Shown one piece after another: positions 28,234 to 36,722 of a stretch of DNA of 64,000 nt. Source of the DNA: Patescibacteria group bacterium (lineage in GTDB: Bacteria > Patescibacteriota > Patescibacteriia > UBA10025 > JAHIVO01); the NCBI GenBank assembly GCA_018816445.1, contig JAHIVO010000061.1:305-64304 (forward strand), written 5' to 3'. Under the pieces are notes generated by a model, which had not been told where the DNA came from, ran no database searches, and worked only from the letters and a program-made list of their open reading frames with translations. Position numbers and translations under genes: made by a program. Every line of letters begins with the position of its first letter. Within the stretch, counting starts at the first letter, position 1.

Positions 28234-28309
28234 TTGTCCCTTTCCGCAAAAAGGTTCTAACATCCTCTACCCAGCCTCTCGCGAGAGGCTGGGTCTACAA
28301 CCCCGAGCT
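28234..28309 (+). repeat. att-like cassette right-end repeat 4, with inserted palindrome
   Basis: TTGTCCCTTTCCGCAAAAAGGTTCTAACATCCTCTAC-[28 nt]-AACCCCGAGC. Confidence 0.8.
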
Positions 28310-28390
28310 AATTTATAAGTATTACTTGACTAAGTTTATAAAATTGATTACAATTTATTAATCAAATTATTAATAACTAACAATAAATTT

Positions 28391-28696
28391 ATGGGCGATC
28401 CAGAAAATAGAGAATTCGATCCAGGTGAAAACCGCGTTGAAGCAGAAATAAATCACGTTGCTAATGACACAGCTAGAAAAGACTGGCCAGAGGTTTTACA
28501 GGAGCTTCAATCAGAAGTGCCTCGTGAGCTTGATGAGGCTTTAAGTGGTGGAATATTGAATGCCAAGCAAAGGGTTGATTATTTTAAAACGTTAACTGGA
28601 GTAGCGGATAAGGTAAAGGCAGAGGATGATTTTGAACAGAAGCAACAGATACTTGATGCGATTGAAAAAATCCAAAAAAAATTAGAAATTAGCTAG
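28391..28696 (+). CDS. Hypothetical protein
   Basis: Acidic helical ORF with upstream promoter-like TTGACT. Confidence 0.6.
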   Translation: MGDPENREFDPGENRVEAEINHVANDTARKDWPEVLQELQSEVPRELDEALSGGILNAKQRVDYFKTLTGVADKVKAEDDFEQKQQILDAIEKIQKKLEIS

Positions 28697-28755
28697 AAGG
28701 TTAATTTTTTTAAAGGCGTATATTTAAGTCGCTTGATTTGTGTTATTTTTAGAAT

Positions 28756-29748
28756 ATGGACATAGACCGACTGGAAAAAATATTAAAGGACGAGAAGCCA
28801 TACCGCCTGCGGCAGGTTCGGCGCGCGGTTTTTCATGACTTTATTGATGATTGGAGTCAGGCTACCACCTTGGCGGCTGATTTGCGGAAAAAATTGAACA
28901 GCCAGTGCCCGCTGGGGGTTAAAAATAAATTATTTATTTCAGCTGACAAAAAAACAATTAAAGCACTGCTGGAATTTGCCGACGCACAAAAGGCGGAGGC
29001 GGTGCTGATGCGGCATCGGGACGGCCGCAATACGGTTTGTGTTTCTTCCCAGATTGGCTGTCCGGTAGGCTGCGTTTTTTGTGCTACCGGCCAAATGGGG
29101 CTTAGAAGAAATCTGGCGCTGGGTGAGATTATTGAACAGGTGCTGGTTTTTAGCCGATTTTTGAAAAAAGATTCAGGCCGGATTACCAACGTTGTATTCA
29201 TGGGCATGGGCGAGCCGTTTCTAAATTATGATAATGTCGTAGCCGCTCTGCGTCTGCTGAATTCTCCGGACTACTTCGGTTTGGGTTCTAGAAAATTGTC
29301 CATTTCAACTGCGGGCATCGTGCCCGGAATAGAAAAGTTTGGCCGGGAAGATTGGCAGGTCAATCTAGCTGTCTCGCTGCACGCGCCCGACAATGCTTTG
29401 CGAACCAAGCTGATGCCCATCAATAAGGTCTATCCAATTGAAAAAGTTTTGGCAGCGGTTGATGATTATATTGCAAAAAAGAATAGAAGGGTGATGTTTG
29501 AATACTTGATGATCAAAGGAGTCAATGATTCTGAGGAGCAGGCCCGGCAGCTTGCCAAAATTTTAAATAAGCCGCTGTATATGGTTAATCTAATCAGATA
29601 CAATCAGACCGGCTCGTATTACCCTTCTGAAAGCGATACAATTTCAAAATTTATGCAGGCACTGCTTGATGCCGGCCTGACTGCTACCCAGCGCTACAGC
29701 TTTGGCCATGACATCAAAGCGGCGTGTGGACAGCTGGCAGCCCAATAG
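28756..29748 (+). CDS. rlmN: Dual-specificity RNA methyltransferase RlmN
   Basis: CVSSQIGCPVGCVFCATG, FMGMGEP, SLHA, IKAACGQL. Confidence 0.96.
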   Translation: MDIDRLEKILKDEKPYRLRQVRRAVFHDFIDDWSQATTLAADLRKKLNSQCPLGVKNKLFISADKKTIKALLEFADAQKAEAVLMRHRDGRNTVCVSSQIGCPVGCVFCATGQMGLRRNLALGEIIEQVLVFSRFLKKDSGRITNVVFMGMGEPFLNYDNVVAALRLLNSPDYFGLGSRKLSISTAGIVPGIEKFGREDWQVNLAVSLHAPDNALRTKLMPINKVYPIEKVLAAVDDYIAKKNRRVMFEYLMIKGVNDSEEQARQLAKILNKPLYMVNLIRYNQTGSYYPSESDTISKFMQALLDAGLTATQRYSFGHDIKAACGQLAAQ

Positions 29749-29879
29749 TAAATATATATTTAGAGAAAATTCCGTATTGGTTCATTTGATGCTGGGGTAA
29801 GTTTGACAATTATTAATCTAAATGATAATTATTAAGTACAAATAAAAACACACACAGCAACTTTTGGTGGAGGACCTTT

Positions 29880-30062
29880 ATGGAATGGCAACAGGTAGGA
29901 TTAGGCATAAAAGTACAATGTACAAAAGATGGCAGCCGCACTGGCTCAGGAGAAGTCACCAAACTTCACCCTGATAGGCAGCGGTTTGATATGAGTCAGG
30001 AATGCGATGGTGCTACTGCAAACGTGCTAAACTGCAATCCAGAGGATTTTGATCCAGCATAA
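29880..30062 (+). CDS. Small hypothetical protein
   Basis: GGAGG RBS, own promoter and terminator (30080-30106). Confidence 0.55.
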   Translation: MEWQQVGLGIKVQCTKDGSRTGSGEVTKLHPDRQRFDMSQECDGATANVLNCNPEDFDPA

Positions 30063-30177
30063 ATAGTGATTAGGCATATAGCAGCTCCCATGGGGCTGCT
30101 TTTTTTGTTGACATAAAGCTTTGGCCTTGATAAGGTGTGGGGAATTGATCTTTTCATGCATGAAGGAGGATGTGCAA

Positions 30178-31361
30178 ATGGCTAAATTGGCTAAATCTGC
30201 AATTATCTGGGTAATTACCTCGGTCGTTACAGTACGGTTGTATCTTTGGGTCTCAGTTGCCTTTTTTTACTGTCAAACGCTTGGCGCAAGAATTGGGTAG
30301 CCCTTACCTATCGGCAGGTAGGTTCCGAAGAGTTTATGAGATGGATTACTACGCTGGAGAAGACGCTAGCCAACAGTTCCAAGAACAGAAAGCTACGCCA
30401 GGAAGGGCTGCTGTTTCCGTCCGCGCAGACTTGGTTTATCACAGATGAATGCACCAAACATTGTGCCGGCTGTCCAAATGCGGATGGCAAGCTGGACGGC
30501 GATATGTCTGAAGACGATTGGGTTGCCTTGGGGCAAGAGTCGATCAAGTTTGGCTGTATGATCGCCATGATTTTAGGTGGAGAACCGATGCTGAAGAAGG
30601 AGATGGTCAAGCGCATTAAGCAGCGTCTGGGCAATCAAATGTTATTTCTGGTTTTCACCAATGGTGATTTAATTACCGATCAGGACATGCAGGACTTCCG
30701 GCGTTTGGGAATTGCCCTGGCTGTGAATATCGGCTCGGGCAGGAAAAGTGATGATGGCGCCTTGCGGACGCTACAGCTGGCCAAGAAGCACGGAGTAATG
30801 GCTGGCGCTTCGATTACCATAACCCAGCAAAATTATAAGCAGGTAACTTCACAGGCCTATATGGATTGGCTGGTATTACAAGGCGCACTGTTCGCCTTCC
30901 ACTTCCATTATGTTCCGACCGGTTGCGATGCTGATCAACGTTTTACGTTGCAAGGCGACACTTTTTACGACGTGGAAAGGCGCTTAATTGCTTTACGCGG
31001 ACCGATTCGGGTAATTCACTACTCTCAATGCCGTGCCGCGCATGCGTTGGCTTCAGTAGACCTGGACGGCAACGTGAAGCTATGCGCGTTTTGCGGCGGC
31101 AAGAAATCTGTCGGGAATGTACTGGGTTCGTCGATGCTGGACGTGTTCAATAATGATCGCTTCGGTCAGCTTCGTAGATTAAATAAGGGTCAGGCTTGCA
31201 TGGTTCTGCAGCATACTGATAGGCTGGGTGAACTTGGTTATTTGCCGGCTAAAACAGTACAAGCTGTCAATCAGTGCCAGTATCCGCGCGGCTATATCCG
31301 AAGACCAGGCTGGTGGCACGAGTTAAGCGTTAGGCTCAGAGATTGGGCCTGGGCTCGATGA
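30178..31361 (+). CDS. Radical SAM/SPASM-like protein, apparent frameshift near the 5' end
   Basis: CTKHCAGC, GGEP, FTNG, C-terminal CRAA..GNVKLCAF. The ATG with an RBS (30178) is out of frame with the main ORF (30246-31361) across a T7 tract. Confidence 0.8.
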
Positions 31362-31430
31362 TAGTTGAGCGGAAATTCATTTTGGACTTCCGCTTTTTAA
31401 TTAATCTTATTATGTTAATATAAACTTATT

Positions 31431-32184
31431 ATGGACTTAAGCACCTATGGAGTTATTATAATACTTGCGCTTTTATCCGGCATGACCACGATCGTGGGCG
31501 TGTCGCTTGCGTACGTATTTAACAAAAAACAGAAAAAATTTTATTGTCATCGGCATTAGTTTTTCTACCGGGATCATGGTGCTGGTCTCTGTTTTTGAAT
31601 TAGTGCCGGCCGCACTTATTAATGGAAGTTTTTTTTCGGTTGCAACAGCAGTCTTAGCAGGAATTTTTTTGGCAGTCTTGGCCAATCATCTGGTGCCTCA
31701 TTCACATATCATTAAGGAAGAACATAGGCACAGACGCATTGCCCTAAAAACAGCATATTTAATTGCTGCCGGCCTGATACTGCATGATTTTCCCGAAGGC
31801 TTTGCTATGGCCAATTCGTATGTTTATGCCCCGTCGTTGGGTATTATAGTAGCCATGGCCATTGCCTTGCATAATATTCCAGAAGAATTTGCCATGGCTA
31901 TGCCATTGATTGCCGCTGGTGAGAAAAAGAAAACAATTTATAAAATTGCATTTTTGTCCGGTTTGGCTGAGCCAGTCGGGGCTGTAATTTGCTTACTGGC
32001 TATCCAGTTTTTTATCGGCCTGAATGCCTGGCTCATGGCCTTTGCCGCGGGGATTATGGTTTACGTGGCAATTCATGAGCTATGGCCCATGGCGAGATCA
32101 TACGAAAAACCTCGGTATTTACCAATTGGAATATTACTAAGTCTAATTGTTTATTTAATTTTAATTTATGCTGTACCAAGCTAG
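31431..32184 (+). CDS. ZIP (ZupT/GufA) metal transporter, apparent frameshift near the 5' end
   Basis: LHDFPEG, LHNIPEE, GLAEPVG, HEL. The first TM helix is encoded from ATG 31431 in another frame. Confidence 0.85.
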
Positions 32185-32302
32185 AGCAGGAATTATTTTT
32201 TGTATTAATTATGTATTTGCTTAAAATTAATATTATTGATAAAATTAAGGCAGAAATTAGCCAAGAATTTAAAATACTATTAAGTAATTAACAATCACAA
32301 TT

Positions 32303-32725
32303 ATGGATGATCAAAAAATTTCCACCAGCGTAAAAACAAATGTAACTACTGGCCAAAAAGTGTTGCTAGTTTTAGCCGTGGTGGGATTGATAGGATTTGG
32401 TTTTGCTATTGCTCTGGTTTCTAGCAAGTCGCTAGGGATTGAATCTAAGCCAGTAACTTATACTTTTGCTGGTACAACGCTTGATGCGGTAAAGGAGCAA
32501 ATGTATAAAGAAGCAGAAAATATGTACTATAACCAAACAGAAGTTGATATGATAGTTGATATTTTTTCTAAGTACAGCAGTGATGTAGAAAAAGGCATTA
32601 TCAAATGCCGACCATGTGATTTTGATAGTGAGAGTGGAGTTTGCGCTTTAGGCGCTTGTGTTGGCGGTCATGCGCGCCCGGGCGATTATGAAATTAGGGT
32701 GACTATACATTTTGATGTTTGGTAA
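32303..32725 (+). CDS. Membrane-anchored Cys-motif protein, paralog 1
   Basis: TTGQKVLLVLAVVGLIGFG TM segment; four C-terminal Cys. Confidence 0.7.
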   Translation: MDDQKISTSVKTNVTTGQKVLLVLAVVGLIGFGFAIALVSSKSLGIESKPVTYTFAGTTLDAVKEQMYKEAENMYYNQTEVDMIVDIFSKYSSDVEKGIIKCRPCDFDSESGVCALGACVGGHARPGDYEIRVTIHFDVW

Positions 32726-32747
32726 TTATCATTAATAATAGTCAAAT

Positions 32748-33200
32748 ATGGAGAACAGCCAGGATTTGAAAAAAACTAACATTACCACAAAAACCCAAAC
32801 TACAGTCGGGCAAAAGGTCTTATTAATTCTGGGAGTTATTGGTTTAATTGGTTTTGGCATGATGGCGGCTGTTATAGCCAATCAGGCCACCGTGGTTGAG
32901 CATGAAACGCCGAACTACAAAACAGCCAGCTTTACAGCAATTTCCTTGGCAGAAGTTGAGGATAAGACCAAGGAAGCAATTATGGACATCCGGCCGCAGA
33001 CCACTCCTACTGATCTTAATACCTATACTCAGAATATGGTAAATTTTGTTGAAGAGCAGGATGAAGGTATGATTACTTGGCCCAGTTTCAGATGCAGCGG
33101 ATGCGGAGGGGGTTCAGGCGCGTGTTTAGGTGACATGCTGTGTGGCAATGCCAGTGGCAGTTTTAACCGCTGGCGGGCAACTATTACTTACCACTTTTAA
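32748..33200 (+). CDS. Membrane-anchored Cys-motif protein, paralog 2
   Basis: TVGQKVLLILGVIGLIGFG TM segment; four C-terminal Cys. Confidence 0.7.
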   Translation: MENSQDLKKTNITTKTQTTVGQKVLLILGVIGLIGFGMMAAVIANQATVVEHETPNYKTASFTAISLAEVEDKTKEAIMDIRPQTTPTDLNTYTQNMVNFVEEQDEGMITWPSFRCSGCGGGSGACLGDMLCGNASGSFNRWRATITYHF

Positions 33201-33209
33201 ATGTAGAAC

Positions 33210-34751
33210 ATGCCCAGATCATGGTTTAAGGAGCTGACAGCTTCAATTATTGAGAGGATTGAGCAAAGGAAGCTGCCATTAATTTACTGGCTGCTTTCTT
33301 TTGTTGTGATTGCGCTATTAAGGATGTATATCGAAGATTTTACCGTACCGGGCGGCAGCCGGGGATTTTTTAATGCCGGTAATCAAATCCATGAATTTAT
33401 GTTTTATGCCGTGGCCATGCTGGTGATTGCGGCAATTTTGCATTTATTTACCAGGACGGAAATCAAAAATGTATTTAAAACAGTAATCAGCTTTTCACCG
33501 ATTATACTAGCTGCTCCGGTGATTGATTATATTGTGACCTTGGGCCAAGGTTGGCGCATATCGTATGTGTATGATTTAACTGTGCAGAGTCCCTGGATAC
33601 GATTTATAACTTTAGGCGGAGAATGGAGCGGGGGCGGAGCCACGCCCGGGATAAAGATAGAGATCCTGTTTATTTTAGCATTTATTTTCCTTTATATTTG
33701 GTCTAAGACGGGGAGAAAAATAAAGTCAATGGCCGGCTCGTTCTTATTGTATTGTTATTTATCAGTAGCCGCTTTACTGCCGTGGTGGGTAGCGCAATAT
33801 TATTCTTGGTTTGGATTAGTGGGGGAGGGCGAGCATACCATCTTTGGGATTAAACTTCTGCTGTTGGTATTTTTAATAATTTCCCTTTGGCTATATAAAA
33901 GTAAAAGCCAGAAAATTTTTCTTGCTATACTGGCTGAATTGCGCATATCCAGAATTATTTTTTATCTTGCCCTGCTAGGCATGGGCTTGGTTCTGTCGGT
34001 AATGACCATTGTTAATAATAAACCGACTCCAGAATTAATTATTGATGCAGTATTAGCTGCGGAGGCGATTATATTATCATCTGTATTCCTGATGATGGTT
34101 AATGATCGGGAAGATTACGAGATTGATAAAGTATCAAATCCAGAGCGGATTTTACCCTCGGGCCGCATAAGCGAGTTATCTTACAGCCAGATTGGCATTT
34201 TCTGCATTATATTTGCTTTATTATTTGCAGCAGCTGTAGGTGTAGAAATATTCTTTTTAATTTTATTGGGCAATTTACTGTTTGTGCTATATTCAGCGCC
34301 CCCGTTTAAACTAAAGAATTACATTATATTATCAAAAATGACTATTGCCAGTGCAGGTGTAGTTGTCATGACTACCGGGTTTCTGTTAGACCATACCAGG
34401 TGTTCAGCTTTTCTGCCTACGCCAATTTTAATATCCCTCTGGATTGGAGTGTTGGCAGGATCGTTTGTTATTGATCTGAAAGACTTTGAGGGTGATAAAA
34501 AAGCCGGTGTGATTACCTTGCCAGTTAAAGTGGGTTTAAAAAATGCTAAATTGATTATCAGTACCTTGGTCATTATTGCCTTTGTAGCAATTACCCTATT
34601 ATTGGAAAAAAGTGGATATATATTGTATTCGATAATTCTCGGATTGCTAGTGGCTGCAGCCATGCATAAAAAACCATATAATGAACCATTAGTATTTTTT
34701 GGATTCATTTTGAGTTTGATATATTTTTCTATAGTATACTTATTTTTTTAA
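33210..34751 (+). CDS. UbiA-family prenyltransferase with extra N-terminal membrane domain
   Basis: NDREDYEIDKVSNPERILPSG, YSAPPFKLK, DLKDFEGDKKAGVITLPV. Confidence 0.88.
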   Translation: MPRSWFKELTASIIERIEQRKLPLIYWLLSFVVIALLRMYIEDFTVPGGSRGFFNAGNQIHEFMFYAVAMLVIAAILHLFTRTEIKNVFKTVISFSPIILAAPVIDYIVTLGQGWRISYVYDLTVQSPWIRFITLGGEWSGGGATPGIKIEILFILAFIFLYIWSKTGRKIKSMAGSFLLYCYLSVAALLPWWVAQYYSWFGLVGEGEHTIFGIKLLLLVFLIISLWLYKSKSQKIFLAILAELRISRIIFYLALLGMGLVLSVMTIVNNKPTPELIIDAVLAAEAIILSSVFLMMVNDREDYEIDKVSNPERILPSGRISELSYSQIGIFCIIFALLFAAAVGVEIFFLILLGNLLFVLYSAPPFKLKNYIILSKMTIASAGVVVMTTGFLLDHTRCSAFLPTPILISLWIGVLAGSFVIDLKDFEGDKKAGVITLPVKVGLKNAKLIISTLVIIAFVAITLLLEKSGYILYSIILGLLVAAAMHKKPYNEPLVFFGFILSLIYFSIVYLFF

Positions 34752-34829
34752 TATTTTAGGGTTGACAAGGGAACGTTGATGTGATAATATTGGACGTTGA
34801 ACATTGAATATTAAACTCAAGGAGTCCTA

Positions 34830-35171
34830 ATGCGTTTTATTGCAGTTTTGTTGGTACTGATCATATTTCTGTTTTCTGGCTGTGCTTGGAAAAGCAAGCT
34901 GGCCTGAAAAGGCGGTCAAGAACCCGCTGGTCAGCGGATAACCATGGTCAGGTTGATACCTTCGGAGCAGGGCCAAGATAGCCTACAGTTAGTATTATCC
35001 AGTGATTTCCGCCGGGAGGTTATGTCTATTGCCAGAGATCAAATCGAATTTAAATATGATTCTGGCGTGAAGGACTATCCTATTCTGGCCCAGGAACTGA
35101 CTGGTTATGTAGTATATTGTAGGGATTGGGAACAGAAAATGAAGAAGTTCCCCTTCGCTCTTATGGATTGA
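34830..35171 (+). pseudogene. Lipoprotein gene interrupted by an in-frame TGA (34905-34907)
   Basis: AAGGAG RBS, signal peptide with FSGC lipobox; same frame as ORF 34944-35171. Confidence 0.55.
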
Positions 35172-35295
35172 TAAACCGGGGGTTTCACGACTGCCGGTTT
35201 TTTTTATCCTGCATCATACTGGGGCGGGGGTAAATTTGACTTTTTTTGTGTGACTCGCTAGACTTAGGACTATTAACAATTAATATTTTTTCAAT

Positions 35296-35547
35296 ATGCC
35301 ATCAGCTAAGAAAAAATCTAAGCCAAAGAAGAAAATTAAAAAAATTAAGCCAGCTATTACAAAAAAAATATTAATGGGTGAGCTAATTGAAAAATATCCT
35401 GGGTCAGCCGAAGTATTAGCTGATTACGGTATTCACTGTATTGGCTGTATGTTTTCACCTTATGAATCGTTAGAAGCAGGCGCAACAGTACATGGCATAC
35501 CTTTGCAGCCATTAATAAAAAAACTTAACGCTGCTATTAAAAAATAA
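35296..35547 (+). CDS. DUF1858 domain protein
   Basis: ELIEKYP...YGIHCIGC....ESLEAGATVHGI. Confidence 0.85.
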   Translation: MPSAKKKSKPKKKIKKIKPAITKKILMGELIEKYPGSAEVLADYGIHCIGCMFSPYESLEAGATVHGIPLQPLIKKLNAAIKK

Positions 35548-35658
35548 GCATTATTTTATTAAAACATTAACCGAATAGTAGGATAGTGTTTTTATTACTA
35601 TTGATTTTTTCAGTAAAATATAGTATAATAGAATATATAATGACTTAAATTGCTTTAT

Positions 35659-36582
35659 ATGTCTTTAAAGACGGTAGCCATTTTTAAGTTACGGTGGATT
35701 CATATCAGCCCTATCTCTGATGAGGATATTGGCTACTTGGAGCAGAATTTTCGTTTCCACAACTTGGATCTAAAAGACTGCCGCGAAGGGGTTCAGCGGC
35801 CTAAGCTTGATATTTATAAACATTATTTATTCATGATTTTTCACTTTCCCATGTTCAACAAGCAGACCAGGCGGGTGGGCATACAGTCCTTGAATGTATT
35901 TTTGGGGGAAGATTATTTGATTACCGCCACCAATGACAGGGATCATTTTTTAGAAAGATACTTCAACCGCTTTCGCAAGAGCGGCAAGCGCAGTTTGCAC
36001 TATGATCCGTTTAAAAATAACGCCAGTTACCTGCTTTATAAAATAATTGACATCATGTACCATCGCACTTTGCCTGTTATTAATGAGATTGGAGTTTACT
36101 TAAGTGAGGTTGAGGAAGAGGTTTATTCTCATAAAAACAAGGATGCAACCACCAACTTGTCAATTATACGCCGCAATATCCTGAATTTGAGGAGGATTCT
36201 GGAACCCCAGCTGAAAATGGTAGATCGCTTGGTACACATGAAGGCCAGCTTTTTTTCAGAAAAATTGTCAGTTTATTATGATGATGTACATGATTACCTG
36301 GAAAACATGTGGGCTGCCCTGGGCAATTATAAGGATACTCTTGATGGTTTATTCAATACTAACGAGTCATTCATTAACCAAAGAACCAATGAGGTTATCA
36401 AGACATTGACCGTTATTTCAGTGGCCTTGCTGCCGATGACTTTAGTGGCCAGTATTTATGGCATGAATGTCACAAATTTACCGCTAGCTGATCACCCTAT
36501 CGGCATTTGGGTGATCCTTTTTATTTTAGCCAGCATTGTTTTGGCTAGCATATATTTTGCCAAACGAAAAAAAATTATTTAG
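35659..36582 (+). CDS. corA: CorA family Mg2+/Co2+ transporter
   Basis: QRPKLD, NEVIKTLT, ASIYGMN. Confidence 0.92.
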   Translation: MSLKTVAIFKLRWIHISPISDEDIGYLEQNFRFHNLDLKDCREGVQRPKLDIYKHYLFMIFHFPMFNKQTRRVGIQSLNVFLGEDYLITATNDRDHFLERYFNRFRKSGKRSLHYDPFKNNASYLLYKIIDIMYHRTLPVINEIGVYLSEVEEEVYSHKNKDATTNLSIIRRNILNLRRILEPQLKMVDRLVHMKASFFSEKLSVYYDDVHDYLENMWAALGNYKDTLDGLFNTNESFINQRTNEVIKTLTVISVALLPMTLVASIYGMNVTNLPLADHPIGIWVILFILASIVLASIYFAKRKKII

Positions 36583-36722
36583 GGTCATAGTTAATGGTTG
36601 ATAGTTTATCTCCCTACGGGAGATCACCCGAAGGGTGATTGTATATGGTTAATGGTTGATAGTTGATGGTCATGTATTAATAAACTCGATTTCAGTTAAA
36701 AATTAAAAAAATAATATAAAAC

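Larger units (their letters stand above)
11135..28309. mobile_element. Tandem array of four tRNA-integrated cassettes (genomic island); no integrase in window
   Basis: The tRNA 3' core CCCCGAGCCA, or a variant of it, recurs at the end of ~54-bp repeats at 12441, 15399, 17092 and 28234. Confidence 0.7.

Noticed and set aside
12441-28309. Integron attC sites or IS ends
   Set aside because: Repeats are direct and end in a tRNA 3' core; they lack the attC RYYYAAC/GTTRRRY palindromic form, and no intI or transposase is present
34905-34907. Genome-wide TGA recoding (code 25) or selenocysteine
   Set aside because: TGA ends well-defined genes here (1746, 18662, 40517, 43363); no Sec-type context is evident
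36591-36670. Degenerate 7-nt periodic repeats (GTTAATG/GTTGATA; similar tracts near 7335, 8860 and 40517)
   Set aside because: Short, low-complexity intergenic tracts; no supportable function
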